A DNA stretch of 64,000 nucleotides from an uncultured Clostridia bacterium. Its GTDB lineage: Bacteria; Bacillota; Clostridia; Christensenellales; Christensenellaceae. Made by a program: the position numbers and the translations under genes. Of the stretch, positions 1 through 8,986 are shown in pieces. The stretch is from assembly GCA_944347775.1 (NCBI GenBank), contig CALVMT010000071.1:1773-65772 (forward strand). The letters run 5' to 3'. The notes under the pieces are model-generated. The model searched no databases and was not told where the DNA came from. It saw only the letters and a list, made by a program, of their open reading frames with translations. The first letter of the stretch is position 1, and each line of letters opens with the position of its first letter.

Positions 1-921
1 CAATACCTGAGCAAAGCTGATCAGGAAGACATTCTTTTTGGCTTGGAACACGGAATAGATATGATTGCTGCTTCTTTTACCGAAAGTGCGGAAAATGTCC
101 GGGAAATGCGTGATTTTTTGCGTAAAAGCGGCGCAGAAGATATTTATATTATTGCCAAGATTGAAAGTGAACGGGGATTGGCCAATGCAGAAGAAATTAT
201 AGAAGAAAGCGATGGCGTAATGGTAGCTCGAGGAGATATGGGTGTGGAGATACCGCTTTGTGAAGTGCCGATTATGCAAAAACGTTTGATTGCAATGGCT
301 AACAAGGCGGGAAAAATTGTAATTACAGCGACACAAATGCTTGAAAGTATGGTCAACAATCCGCGCCCTACGCGAGCGGAAAGTACAGATGTAGCTAATG
401 CAATTTACGATGGTACAAGCGCAGTAATGCTTTCGGGGGAAACTGCTTCAGGTAAATATCCCGTTGAAGCAGTCAAGACTATGGCAAAGATTGCAGCACG
501 TGCAGAAATGGATATTGATTATAAAAAACGTTTTTTTGAGACTGCAAAGCAAACGCATAGTGTAACTGATGCGATCACTCATGCTGCATGTACGATTGCT
601 TATGACTTACATGCTGCAGCAATATTAACCATGACAAAATCGGGGAAAACGGCGGAGTTGACTTCTAAATTTCGACCAGAAGTTCCTATTATTGGCTGTG
701 CAACTGATGGTACTGTATTGCGTAAGTTGAATTTATGCTGGGGTGTAGAACCGATGGGATTGCCCGAATGTGATACGGCAGATGAGATGTTTGATATGGC
801 GATAGACCAGGCAAAGAAAAAAGGGTTGGTCCGTAAAGGAGATCAGATTGTAATTACAGCAGGAATTCCGCTTGGCATACCCGGTTTGACTAATATGCTG
901 AAAGTTGCGGTGGTCGAATAA
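1..921 (+). CDS. pyk: pyruvate kinase, C-terminal portion (5' end lies upstream of the window)
   Basis: The frame is open from base 1. The translation carries AKIESERGL, MVARGDMGVEIP, ATQMLESM, PTRAE..DVANAI.DG..AVMLSGETA.GKYP, which are conserved pyruvate kinase motifs. Stop at 919-921. Confidence 0.92.
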   Translation, partial: QYLSKADQEDILFGLEHGIDMIAASFTESAENVREMRDFLRKSGAEDIYIIAKIESERGLANAEEIIEESDGVMVARGDMGVEIPLCEVPIMQKRLIAMANKAGKIVITATQMLESMVNNPRPTRAESTDVANAIYDGTSAVMLSGETASGKYPVEAVKTMAKIAARAEMDIDYKKRFFETAKQTHSVTDAITHAACTIAYDLHAAAILTMTKSGKTAELTSKFRPEVPIIGCATDGTVLRKLNLCWGVEPMGLPECDTADEMFDMAIDQAKKKGLVRKGDQIVITAGIPLGIPGLTNMLKVAVVE

Positions 922-1003
922 TTTTATTCATATAAGAAAGGCAAGTTTCTCTGCATATTGCATATGATGAATAAAAGAGTATGTGTGAATGCGGAGGCCG
1001 ATA

Positions 1004-1252
1004 ATGACGCGGTATTGTAAATTAAAACAAAAAGAAGTAGTCAATATCGCAGACGGAAGATCCTTAGGATTTATTTCGGATCTGCTTATTGAAGAAGGCA
1101 GTGGGCAAATAAATGCAATTGTGTTGGTGGAAAGCTGCGGATTTTTAGGCTTAATTAAACCCAAAGAGTTTATTATTCCATGGAGGAATATCTGCAAGAT
1201 TGGCGATGATGTAATACTGGTAGAAACAGACTTGGCCTTATGTCGAACCTGA
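1004..1252 (+). CDS. ylmC: YlmC/YmxH family sporulation protein (PRC-barrel)
   Basis: [41 protein letters not shown] fits the YlmC/YmxH pattern. ATG at 1004 sits 7 nt after GCGGAGG, so it is preferred over the ATG at 989. Confidence 0.75.
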   Translation: MTRYCKLKQKEVVNIADGRSLGFISDLLIEEGSGQINAIVLVESCGFLGLIKPKEFIIPWRNICKIGDDVILVETDLALCRT

Positions 1253-1290
1253 AGCTTAACAGAAGTATTGATGAATATAGGGGAAAACAA

Positions 1291-1746
1291 ATGAAATGTA
1301 TTTATTGTGGACATCCGGAAAGTAAAGTTGTAGATTCCAGACCATTAAATGATGGCGCAACTATACGCCGCAGAAGAGAATGTCTATCGTGCGGAAGACG
1401 TTTTACTACATACGAAAAGGCAGAACAAATGCCGGTTATGGTTGTAAAAAAGGATGGAAGTAGGGAAGAATTTGATATAGATAAAATACAAAGAGGAATC
1501 CGTAAAGCTTGTGAGAAGCGCAATGTTTCTGCTGATACTATTGAAAGTATGGCTTTAGAAGTAGAAAGAAAAGTACAGGAACGTGCGGAGCAAGAAGTTA
1601 CGGCAAGAGAAATTGGTGATATGGTGATGGATGCGCTGAAAGCAGTAGATGAAGTTGCCTATGTTCGTTTTGCTTCAGTTTATCGTGAATTTAAAGATGT
1701 TGGTACTTTTATGGCTGAAATTGCTAAATTGGTTTCTGAAAAATGA
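1291..1746 (+). CDS. nrdR: transcriptional repressor NrdR
   Basis: MKCIYCGH...SKVVDSRP......[17 protein letters not shown] zinc ribbon followed by an ATP-cone. ATG at 1291 is preceded by AGGGGAAAA. The track ORF start at 1240 is an upstream extension. Confidence 0.95.
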   Translation: MKCIYCGHPESKVVDSRPLNDGATIRRRRECLSCGRRFTTYEKAEQMPVMVVKKDGSREEFDIDKIQRGIRKACEKRNVSADTIESMALEVERKVQERAEQEVTAREIGDMVMDALKAVDEVAYVRFASVYREFKDVGTFMAEIAKLVSEK

Positions 1747-2576
1747 CATATAAACAATTTTTGGACAATCTGCATTATGGTTTTAAGCAGAATATAAGTA
1801 ATGGTGTGATTTATTTTTCGGCTCCTGCTTTTGATACATTGGGCTTTATTCGTCATGGATTTACTTCACGCATTGGGGGAGTCAGCAAATCGCCGTATGA
1901 TTCTTTGAACTTAAGTTTTAAACGGACACCGGATAAAGAAGCGGTTGTTGAGAATTTTCGAATTGCAGCTCAGGCAATTGGTATTGATTTTGAAAAGCTG
2001 GTTGTATGCCATTATTGTCATGGAAACAATATAGAAATTGTAGGAAAAGACCATCATCAAATGGGGATTACCCGCGAAAATACGCTACCGTTTTGTGATG
2101 GAGTTATGGTTGTTGATCAGGAAACAGCCGGTGTAACACTGCATGGTGATTGCGGTTCGATCTTTTTTGCAGATCGTAAAGGACGGGCTGCCGGAGTATG
2201 CCATTCAGGTTGGAGAGGAACATATCTTGGCACAATTCATTCGATTATCACCAAAATGGAAAGTGTTGGAATTGCGCGCGGAGATATGTTGTTTGCGATT
2301 GGCCCTTGTATCAGTTGGCCAAATTATGAGGTCAAAGAGGATGTGGCGGCCAAATTTCGGCCGCAGTATCCTTTTGCATTAAAACAAAAGAGTGGGAAAA
2401 TATTTTTAGATATGGAAGCAGTATTAACTTACCAATTATTTGAAGCGAGTATTCCTCCTGAAAATATCACTCTTTCACGTTTATGTACATATTCTGATAA
2501 CAGGATGTTCTATTCGCATCGGCGCGATGGCGACAGAGCGGGAGCGATGGGATCGTTTATCAGCTTGTGTGAATAA
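1743..2576 (+). CDS. pgeF: peptidoglycan editing factor PgeF (YfiH/DUF152, laccase-domain protein)
   Basis: DUF152-type motifs are present: HGDCGSIFF..., [17 protein letters not shown]. The ATGA overlap with the nrdR stop indicates coupling. Confidence 0.85.
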   Translation: MTYKQFLDNLHYGFKQNISNGVIYFSAPAFDTLGFIRHGFTSRIGGVSKSPYDSLNLSFKRTPDKEAVVENFRIAAQAIGIDFEKLVVCHYCHGNNIEIVGKDHHQMGITRENTLPFCDGVMVVDQETAGVTLHGDCGSIFFADRKGRAAGVCHSGWRGTYLGTIHSIITKMESVGIARGDMLFAIGPCISWPNYEVKEDVAAKFRPQYPFALKQKSGKIFLDMEAVLTYQLFEASIPPENITLSRLCTYSDNRMFYSHRRDGDRAGAMGSFISLCE

Positions 2577-2630
2577 AAAATAGGCAGGCAGCCCGAGAGG
2601 CTGCTTTGCTGCATCCAGAGGAGAAAAATA

Positions 2631-3764
2631 GTGATTTATTTAGATAATGCCGCAACGACACGTCTGCGACCGGAAGTTTTACAGATAATGCTTCCATATA
2701 TGGAGGAAGAATACGGCAATGCATCAGGAGGTTATGCGCTTGCTCGCAGTGCACATGGCGCGTTAGATCGTGCAAGAGAACAGCTAAAAAACGCAATCCA
2801 TGCGAAAAAGACACGTGAAATTTTTTTTACGTCGGGAGGAACAGAAAGTGATAATTGGGCAATTAAAGGCATTGCCTATGCAAACAGGCAAAAGGGCCGG
2901 CATATCATTACTTCAGCGATAGAGCATCATGCTGTTTTAGAAACTTGTGGTTTTTTGCAAAAAGAAGGATTTGAAATTACTTATTTGCGCCCGGGAAAGG
3001 ATGGAATTATTTCCCTGGATGCAGTAAGAGAAGCTGTTCGCCCGGATACGATTTTAATCAGTATTATGTGGGCTAATAATGAGATGGGAGCAATCAATCC
3101 GATTGGGCAGATTGGCAAATTTGCGCGGCAACAGGGAATTTGTTTTCATACTGACGCTGTACAGGCTGCAGGGCATTTGTCAATTAATGTGGAACAGGAA
3201 AATATTGATCTTCTTTCTATTTCTGCGCATAAATTTCATGGTCCAAAGGGAGTAGGCGCATTATATGTAAGAGAAGGTTTAAAGTTGGAAAATCTGATAA
3301 ATGGGGGTGCTCAGGAAAGAGGAAAACGTTCGGGAACGGAAAATGTTCCAGCAATTGTCGGCCTGGGTGAGGCAATACATTTGGCAGTTCAGGAATTGCC
3401 TAAAGAAGCTGAGCGGATAATGAAATTACGTGATCATATGATAAAACGGATTTTAAACGAAATCCCCAATGCACGGATTAATGGCAGTACAATTAACCGT
3501 CTGCCGGGCAACGTCAATGTATCTCTTCCGGGTATACGTTCGGAAATTATTCTGTTTAAAATGGATATGGCTGGGATAGCTTGTTCTGGAGGATCTGCAT
3601 GCACAGCAGGAGCAATTGGGAAATCACATGTCCTAACTGCGATGGAGCTTGAAGAAGAACGAGTTTCTTCTGCGATTCGTTTTAGTTTTGGTTTATATAC
3701 AACGCTGGAGGAAATTGATCAAACAGTAGAACAACTAAAGAATATTGCCTTTTTAAAAAATTAG
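2631..3764 (+). CDS. cysteine desulfurase (NifS/IscS class V aminotransferase family)
   Basis: IYLDNAATT, FTSGGTESDN, SAHKFHGPKGVGALYVR (PLP lysine) and SGGSACTAG (catalytic Cys loop). GTG start 8 nt after GAGGAG. Confidence 0.9.
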   Translation: MIYLDNAATTRLRPEVLQIMLPYMEEEYGNASGGYALARSAHGALDRAREQLKNAIHAKKTREIFFTSGGTESDNWAIKGIAYANRQKGRHIITSAIEHHAVLETCGFLQKEGFEITYLRPGKDGIISLDAVREAVRPDTILISIMWANNEMGAINPIGQIGKFARQQGICFHTDAVQAAGHLSINVEQENIDLLSISAHKFHGPKGVGALYVREGLKLENLINGGAQERGKRSGTENVPAIVGLGEAIHLAVQELPKEAERIMKLRDHMIKRILNEIPNARINGSTINRLPGNVNVSLPGIRSEIILFKMDMAGIACSGGSACTAGAIGKSHVLTAMELEEERVSSAIRFSFGLYTTLEEIDQTVEQLKNIAFLKN

Positions 3765-3831
3765 CATAAAATTTGAAAAGTTGCACAAAGTATAAGCAAA
3801 TGATTTTTGATAGAGAGGAGATTACGTCTTG

Positions 3832-3972
3832 ATGAAGTGTGCAGCTGCATTTATTGGCGGGTTGATGGGCGCGGCCGCAGGAATTGCGTTAATGCCCTAT
3901 GTAAAACCTTATGTAAGAAAAAAAGCAAAAATGTTAAAAAGAACAATGCATGGTATGGCATGCAAGTTCTAA
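3832..3972 (+). CDS. small (46 aa) single-pass membrane protein, hypothetical; below the ORF-track length cutoff
   Basis: Hand translation gives MKCAAAFIGGLMGAAAGIALMPYVKPYVRKKAKMLKRTMHGMACKF. That is one Gly/Ala-rich hydrophobic helix followed by a basic tail. GAGAGGAG lies upstream, and an alternative TTG start is at 3829. Its own hairpin terminator follows immediately. Confidence 0.5.
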   Translation: MKCAAAFIGGLMGAAAGIALMPYVKPYVRKKAKMLKRTMHGMACKF

Positions 3973-3977
3973 TCAGT

Positions 3978-4004
3978 AAAAGAGCTGCGTTTGGCAGCTC
4001 TTTT
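3978..4004 (+). terminator. rho-independent terminator after the 46 aa ORF
   Basis: AGAGCTGC-GTTTG-GCAGCTCT is a perfect 8 bp stem (3981-4001), flanked by AAA upstream and TTTT downstream. Confidence 0.7.
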
Positions 4005-4054
4005 AAAACATGCAAAAATCCAGTAAAAAGCAAGAAAAATGGATGTGGTATTGG

Positions 4055-4083
4055 TTGAAATCTATTAAAGGATAGTGTATAAT
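4055..4083 (+). promoter_or_regulatory. sigma-A type promoter for ireB-ruvX-DUF1292
   Basis: TTGAAA (4055-4060), 17 nt spacer, TATAAT (4078-4083). Confidence 0.5.
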
Positions 4084-4130
4084 TTTATACATCTTAGTAA
4101 ATAAGATTGAAAGAAAGGAGCAAAAAGGGG

Positions 4131-4409
4131 ATGAAAAGAATCGGTGGGCAGACAACCCGTTTTACCCGTACTAGAGATATTGAAAATCCGGTTAGAGGAA
4201 TATTGCGGTTGGTCTGCGACGCAATGCGAGAAAAAGGATATGATCCTGTAAACCAGATTGTCGGATATTTGGCAAGTGGGGATCCCGTTTATATCACGAG
4301 TTATAATGGCGCGAGAAATTTGCTCGCTCGCTTGGATAAGGATGAAATACTGGAAGAAATAACAAATTTTTATATTGATAGCTTGGCTAAAGAAGAGGGA
4401 AACGATTGA
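4131..4409 (+). CDS. IreB family regulatory phosphoprotein (UPF0297, YrzL-like)
   Basis: REKGYDPVNQIVGYLASGDPVYITSYNGARNLL is the UPF0297 signature. It is followed by ruvX and DUF1292, matching the Bacillus yrzL-yrrK-yrzB trio. Confidence 0.85.
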   Translation: MKRIGGQTTRFTRTRDIENPVRGILRLVCDAMREKGYDPVNQIVGYLASGDPVYITSYNGARNLLARLDKDEILEEITNFYIDSLAKEEGND

Positions 4410-4834
4410 CGGAAAAACGGTTAATGGGCTTGGATGTAGGCGATAAGCGGATTGGCATAGCAGTATCGGATTTATTGATGTTGACTGCACAGGGTGTGGA
4501 ATCTTATACACGTTCAGAAAGTGAAAAAAAAGATATTGCTTACTTATGTGAAGTTTGTAAACGCTATCACGTGATTAAAATTATATGCGGAATGCCTAAA
4601 AATATGAACGGAACGCTCGGACCCATGGCAGAAAAAATACAGATGTTTGCTGAAAAATTGAAAAAAGCATCGGGGCTAGAAATAGAGTTTGAGGATGAGC
4701 GTTTAACAACAGTATATGCAGAACGTTTATTGTTGCAGGCAGATATGAGCAGGCAAAAACGACGTAAAGTAATTGATAAAATGGCTGCAGTAGCGATCCT
4801 GCAGGGGTATATGGACAGGATTAGCAGCTTATGA
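4406..4834 (+). CDS. ruvX: Holliday junction resolvase RuvX (YqgF)
   Basis: MGLDVGDKRIGIAVSD N-terminal motif and an ERLTT motif. TTG start 6 nt after GAGGGA, overlapping the ireB stop. Confidence 0.9.
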   Translation: MTEKRLMGLDVGDKRIGIAVSDLLMLTAQGVESYTRSESEKKDIAYLCEVCKRYHVIKIICGMPKNMNGTLGPMAEKIQMFAEKLKKASGLEIEFEDERLTTVYAERLLLQADMSRQKRRKVIDKMAAVAILQGYMDRISSL

Positions 4835-4850
4835 ATAATGAGGTAACGAA

Positions 4851-5201
4851 ATGAATGAAGAAAAAAATTTTCCGGAACAAGAAATGGATGAGGAAGAATT
4901 AATCGTTTTATTGGATGAAAACGATAATGAATTGAATTTCCGATTAATTATGCCGTTTGAAGATAACGGGAAGGCGTATGTAGCAATGGAACCGGTAGGA
5001 GAAGTTGCGGGATTTGAGCCGGACGAAGTATTGATCATGGAAGTGATTGAAGATGAAGAAGGGGAAAGTACCCTACAGCCGGTGGAAACCGAAGAGGAAT
5101 TAGAGGCAGCTTGGGAGGTCTTTGAGGCTCTATATAATGAAGATGCTTGCGATGGGAACTGCGCGCAGTGTGATGAAGAGGATTGCGAGGATCGCGAATA
5201 A
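4851..5201 (+). CDS. DUF1292 domain protein (UPF0473, YrzB-like) with an acidic Cys-rich C-terminal tail
   Basis: LIVLLDENDNELNFRLIMPFEDNGKAYVAMEPV is the DUF1292 core. The tail reads CDGNCAQCDEEDCEDRE. Synteny with ireB and ruvX supports the call. Confidence 0.8.
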   Translation: MNEEKNFPEQEMDEEELIVLLDENDNELNFRLIMPFEDNGKAYVAMEPVGEVAGFEPDEVLIMEVIEDEEGESTLQPVETEEELEAAWEVFEALYNEDACDGNCAQCDEEDCEDRE

Positions 5202-5225
5202 TAATAATAATAATAATAATAATAA
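5199..5225 (+). repeat. (TAA)9 trinucleotide microsatellite starting at the DUF1292 stop codon
   Basis: Counted directly: nine consecutive TAA units at 5199-5225. All are in frame with the upstream CDS. Confidence 0.95.
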
Positions 5226-5255
5226 GCTTTTGCAAAGGAGTAAATAATAAACCTA

Positions 5256-5284
5256 TTGCATAAGCTTTTTTATTATGCTATAAT
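5256..5284 (+). promoter_or_regulatory. sigma-A type promoter for rpsB-tsf
   Basis: TTGCAT (5256-5261), 17 nt spacer, TATAAT (5279-5284). This leaves a leader of roughly 110 nt before the rpsB ATG. Confidence 0.55.
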
Positions 5285-5397
5285 ACCAACGATCACGCAC
5301 TTTTGCTGTGCTTTGTTTTCGTGCCCATGTGATTCCTGTTGCGGGTGGACAAAGAAAAAGGCAGAAGGTGGAACAACGATTTAAGGAGGACATATTT

Positions 5398-6213
5398 ATG
5401 TCAGTTATTTCAATGAAGCAGTTACTGGAAGCAGGTGTTCATTTTGGACATCAGACAAGACGCTGGAATCCTAAAATGAAACAGTATATTTTTACTGAAA
5501 GAAATGGGATTTATATTATTGACCTTCAAAAGACAGTAAAAAAAGTAAACGAGGCTTATTTCTTTATTCGTGACGTAGCAATTGAAGGGAAGCCTATTTT
5601 GTTTGTAGGAACAAAAAAGCAAGCGCAGGAAGCGATTGAAACAGAGGCAAAACGTTGTGAACAACATTTTGTTTCTAATAGATGGTTAGGCGGTATGTTA
5701 ACAAATTTTAAGACAATCCGTACTAGAATTGAAAAATTGGAAAGCATTGAAAAAATGGAAGAATCCGGTGAAATCAACTTGCTCCCTAAAAAAGAAGTAA
5801 TTAAGTTGATGCATGAAAAAGAAAAGTTGGAGAAGAACCTTGGAGGGATTCGCAACCTTAATGAAATGCCGGGAGCTTTGTTTGTTGTTGATCCGAGAAA
5901 AGAAAAGATTGCTGTATCAGAAGCGCATAAAATGGGAATTCCGGTTGTAGCGATTGTAGATACCAACTGTGATCCAGACGAAATTGATTATCCTATTCCT
6001 GGTAATGATGATGCAATTAGAGCAGTTAAGCTGATTGTTTCGAAAATGGCAGATGCTATTTTGGAAGGGAAACAGGGTGAACAGTTGGAAGATGAAGCTT
6101 CTGTTACCACTGAAGAAGTCGTTTCTGAAGAGCAGGTAGAAGCGGAAGCGGCTGAAGAAGTAAGCGAAGAGATTGCGCAAGAGATGGAAGCAGCGGCTGC
6201 AGAACAGGAATAA
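5398..6213 (+). CDS. rpsB: 30S ribosomal protein S2
   Basis: [30 protein letters not shown] at 5398 follows AAGGAGGA. The track ORF start at 5308 is an upstream extension. The C-terminal tail is acidic. Confidence 0.97.
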   Translation: MSVISMKQLLEAGVHFGHQTRRWNPKMKQYIFTERNGIYIIDLQKTVKKVNEAYFFIRDVAIEGKPILFVGTKKQAQEAIETEAKRCEQHFVSNRWLGGMLTNFKTIRTRIEKLESIEKMEESGEINLLPKKEVIKLMHEKEKLEKNLGGIRNLNEMPGALFVVDPRKEKIAVSEAHKMGIPVVAIVDTNCDPDEIDYPIPGNDDAIRAVKLIVSKMADAILEGKQGEQLEDEASVTTEEVVSEEQVEAEAAEEVSEEIAQEMEAAAAEQE

Positions 6214-6241
6214 GACAAACTGATATTTTAGGAGGAAGATC

Positions 6242-7105
6242 ATGAGTATATCCGCAAAAGATGTAAAAGCATTGCGTGAAAGAACCGGCTGCGGTATGAT
6301 GGATTGTAAAAAAGCATTAACGGAAGCAGGCGGAGATATTGAAAAGGCTGCTGAAATTTTGAGAGAAAAAGGACTGGCTTCTGCGGTCAAAAAAGCAGGA
6401 AGAATTGCTGCAGAAGGGATTGTTTCTGCATATAAAGAAGGTAATATTGCAGTTTTGTTGGAAGTAAACTGTGAAACAGATTTTGTTGCGAAGACAGAAC
6501 AGTTTAAAAATCTTGTTAACGATATTGCAAAAGTTATTGTTAAAGAAGCTCCGGCTGACGTAGATGCTTTAATGGCAGCTCCCTGTGAGGCAGGAACAGT
6601 AGAGGAAATGATGAAAAATGCTGTTGCAACGATTGGTGAGAACATGAAGATCCGTCGTTTTGCCAGAGTAGAAGGCTATACAGATACTTACATTCATCTG
6701 GGCGGAAAGATTGGTGTATTAGTGCAGACGGATGTTGAACCTGACGCTGAAGCGATTCATGATGTGGCAATGCAGATAGCCGCTGTTAAGCCTACCTATA
6801 TTTCGAAAAATGATGTTAATGCAGATGAGATCGCTCATGAAAAAGAAATTTTGCGTGCACAGGCATTAAATGAAGGGAAACCGGAAAAAATTGTAGATAA
6901 GATGGTTGAAGGACGTATTCAAAAATACTACAAAGAGGTTTGCCTGTTGGAACAGCCTTTCGTCAAAGATGACGCGATGAGTGTTTCGAAGATGATTAAT
7001 GGTAGATTTAATGTTCTCTCATTTGTACGTTATGAAATGGGAGAGGGATTAGAAAAACGTAGTGAAAATCTGGCTGAGGAAATTCAAAAGCAGATGAATG
7101 GCTAA
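6242..7105 (+). CDS. tsf: translation elongation factor Ts
   Basis: [23 protein letters not shown] (UBA-like N-terminus), VNCETDFVA and QPFVKD motifs. Lies immediately downstream of rpsB. Confidence 0.97.
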   Translation: MSISAKDVKALRERTGCGMMDCKKALTEAGGDIEKAAEILREKGLASAVKKAGRIAAEGIVSAYKEGNIAVLLEVNCETDFVAKTEQFKNLVNDIAKVIVKEAPADVDALMAAPCEAGTVEEMMKNAVATIGENMKIRRFARVEGYTDTYIHLGGKIGVLVQTDVEPDAEAIHDVAMQIAAVKPTYISKNDVNADEIAHEKEILRAQALNEGKPEKIVDKMVEGRIQKYYKEVCLLEQPFVKDDAMSVSKMINGRFNVLSFVRYEMGEGLEKRSENLAEEIQKQMNG

Positions 7106-7191
7106 TCCCCTTTATCTTGCCATAAACTATGGACTACATCCGTTTATCTAAATGAAACGGATTGCACAGCAAAAATGAATTATTACATAGT

Positions 7192-7221
7192 AGCGTCAAG
7201 TCATTAGACTTGACGCTTTTT
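7192..7221 (+). terminator. rho-independent terminator of rpsB-tsf
   Basis: AGCGTCAAGTC-ATTA-GACTTGACGCT is a perfect 11 bp stem followed by TTTTT. A second hairpin at 7138-7162 (ATCCGTTT/AAACGGAT) has no T-run. Confidence 0.8.
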
Positions 7222-7467
7222 CTATCTTCTTTTAAGATTAAATTAAAATATTTTATTAAGATAACTGTATAAAAAGGATATCAACAATATAGATAATTAA
7301 AATGTCTAAGTATTGCACTATAATTGTACAAAGAGAATTTAATTTTGTTATTAATAATATGGATTTTTTGAAATATAGGCAAAATTCTTGGGCAATCAGA
7401 AATAATGTAATGTAAAATTGAACAGCCTAATGAGTGGAAAAACATTGTTTGCGTTCTTTGGATTTGC

Positions 7468-7496
7468 TTGCTCTAAAAGGAATCGTTTGGTATAAT
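7468..7496 (+). promoter_or_regulatory. sigma-A type promoter (extended -10) for pyrH-frr
   Basis: TTGCTC (7468-7473), 17 nt spacer, TGgTATAAT (7488-7496). Confidence 0.55.
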
Positions 7497-7522
7497 AAAA
7501 AAAGCAAAAATATAGAATTGCA

Positions 7523-7593
7523 GGGATGCGCCTTGTTTATCAAGGAATATGTAAGTTCATTAGGGCATAGCGCAGGCGTGTCCTTTCTTTTTT
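7523..7593 (+). promoter_or_regulatory. terminator-like hairpin plus U-tract in the pyrH leader (candidate attenuator)
   Basis: GGGATGCGCC (7523-7532) can pair with GGCGTGTCC (7575-7583), using 2 G-U pairs. TTTCTTTTTT (7584-7593) follows. The element lies between the promoter and the pyrH RBS at about 7612. Confidence 0.35.
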
Positions 7594-7625
7594 CAAGCAA
7601 GTTACGGCGACAGGAGGTTATTCCA

Positions 7626-8321
7626 ATGGCATATCAAAGGATTGTATTGAAAATCAGCGGAGAGGCACTTTCGAGCGAAAAAGAAAATATTGATTTTACA
7701 ATTATTAAAAAAGTGGCTGAGCAGGTAGTAGAGCTGGTACATATGGGTATTGAAGTTTGTGTGATTATTGGCGGAGGAAATATCTGGCGCGGTCGGCAGG
7801 GAAAGCAGATGAACCGTGTAACAGCAGATCATATGGGCATGTTGGCCACAGTAATTAATTCCTTAGCTTTTCAGGATACTTTAGAAGCTATGGGTGTACC
7901 CGCGAGATTGCAGACGGCAATTGAAATGCGGCAAATTGCAGAACCTTTTATTCGCAGAAAAGCGGTTCGGCACCTGGAAAAGGGAAGAGTCGTTATCTTT
8001 GCTTGCGGAACTGGGAATCCGTATTTTACGACAGATATGGCAGCTGCTTTACGTGCAGCTGAAATGGAGGCTGATCTCATTTTGCTGGCAAAGAATGTGG
8101 ACGGAATTTATGATAAAGACCCGAAAAAGTATCTGGATGCAAAGAAATATGATGAAATTTCCTATATCGATTTTATTTCTAACGGACTTCAAGCAATGGA
8201 TACCACAGCGGTGACGTTGTGCATGGAAAACCGAATCCCGATATTGGCTTTTGGTTTAAATGAAGAAAATGGAATTGTTCGTGCGGTGCAGGGAGAAAAA
8301 ATAGGAACCGTAATTAAATGA
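7626..8321 (+). CDS. pyrH: UMP kinase
   Basis: [24 protein letters not shown] and [10 protein letters not shown] motifs. ATG at 7626 follows CAGGAGG. The track ORF start at 7434 runs through the promoter and leader. Confidence 0.97.
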   Translation: MAYQRIVLKISGEALSSEKENIDFTIIKKVAEQVVELVHMGIEVCVIIGGGNIWRGRQGKQMNRVTADHMGMLATVINSLAFQDTLEAMGVPARLQTAIEMRQIAEPFIRRKAVRHLEKGRVVIFACGTGNPYFTTDMAAALRAAEMEADLILLAKNVDGIYDKDPKKYLDAKKYDEISYIDFISNGLQAMDTTAVTLCMENRIPILAFGLNEENGIVRAVQGEKIGTVIK

Positions 8322-8422
8322 AGCTAAAGAAAGCTTGTCAATCAAAAGACAATCAAGTACAATGAATATATACTTAAGAAATTATTACAGTTATACGATG
8401 ACAATCATTAGGAGGTTAGATT

Positions 8423-8986
8423 ATGGCAGCAATCCATGAAGCAGTAACGAAATCCGAAGAAAAAATGAAAAAAACAATAGTTTCTCTGGAAAATGAATTT
8501 GCAGCAATTCGTGCGGGGCGAGCGAATCCGCAGCTTTTGAATAAAGTGTTGGTTAATTATTATGGTACACCTACGCCACTACCACAAATAGGAAATATAT
8601 CTGTTCCCGAACCCAGAATGCTGACTATTTCATTATGGGATGCGAGCATAATGAAAGAAGTAGAAAAAGCAATTCTTGCTTCTGACTTGGGACTTAATCC
8701 TTCTAATGACGGAAAAGTTGTGCGATTGGTGTTCCCGGAGCCTACTGCTGAACGCAGACAGGAATTGGTAAAACAGGCAAGAAAAATGGCAGAAGATGCT
8801 AAGGTGGCGATTCGTAACATCAGAAGAGATGCCATTGAAGCGATTCGAAAAGATAAAAAGGCAAATTTAATTACGGAAGATGATCTTACTTTGTTGGAGA
8901 AAAAGTGCCAGGATACGACAAATGAATATACAAAAAAAGTTGATGTCTTACTGAAAGAAAAGGAAAGTGAGATCCTGGAAATCTGA
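8423..8986 (+). CDS. frr: ribosome recycling factor
   Basis: RAGRANP.LL..V.V.YYG..TPL.Q...ISVPEPRML and IRNIRRDA motifs. Conserved pyrH-frr pairing. Confidence 0.97.
   Translation: MAAIHEAVTKSEEKMKKTIVSLENEFAAIRAGRANPQLLNKVLVNYYGTPTPLPQIGNISVPEPRMLTISLWDASIMKEVEKAILASDLGLNPSNDGKVVRLVFPEPTAERRQELVKQARKMAEDAKVAIRNIRRDAIEAIRKDKKANLITEDDLTLLEKKCQDTTNEYTKKVDVLLKEKESEILEI

Noticed and set aside
3807-4058. 83 aa track ORF, the antisense 60 aa ORF at 3851-4033, and the 148 aa minus ORF at 4065-4511.
   Set aside because: The 83 aa frame runs straight through a perfect terminator hairpin and has a Cys/Arg/Lys-rich nonsense-like sequence. A different frame gives a cleaner 46 aa membrane ORF with an SD and a terminator. 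The 4065-4511 ORF is antisense to ireB and ruvX.
5917-6645. 242 aa minus-strand ORF overlapping the rpsB 3' end and the tsf 5' half. Several similar long antisense ORFs exist: 37412-37969, 33465-33911, 34398-34829, 35151-35597, 52525-52947, 53185-53592, 61558-61971, 61769-62323 and 63456-63932.
   Set aside because: All lie antisense to confidently identified conserved genes. They have low-complexity S/F/I/L/C-rich translations, no SD and no recognisable motifs. They are shadow ORFs of the coding strand. The 63456-63932 ORF is antisense to the YcdX-like gene that runs off the window end.
7285-7299. 15-mer AACAATATAGATAAT shared between the tsf-pyrH spacer and the hslV-upstream spacer (48891-48905).
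   Set aside because: A single 15 nt match between two AT-rich regions of a 64 kb window is within chance expectation. The flanks do not extend the similarity, so there is no repeat family or mobile-element end.
7302-7415. 37 aa ORF (MSKYCTIIVQREFNF...) in the tsf-pyrH spacer.
   Set aside because: It has no SD (upstream sequence is ATAGATAATTAAA), and the AT-rich composition makes it most likely chance.
7395-7420. Possible dif/Xer site (AATAATGTAATGTAAAAT resembles the XerD arm TTATGTAAA).
   Set aside because: The putative left arm and the 6 nt spacer do not match my recollection of the Bacillota dif consensus. Only one half-site shows partial similarity.
7434-7625. Upstream extensions of track ORFs: pyrH from 7434, rpsB from 5308, rplS from 39812, trmD from 38986, ogg from 62354, dtd from 25490, the rlmD-like gene from 47064 and comM from 42144.
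   Set aside because: In each case the extension crosses a promoter, terminator or leader, or overlaps the previous gene. The conserved N-terminus begins at an internal ATG, GTG or TTG with a well-spaced SD.
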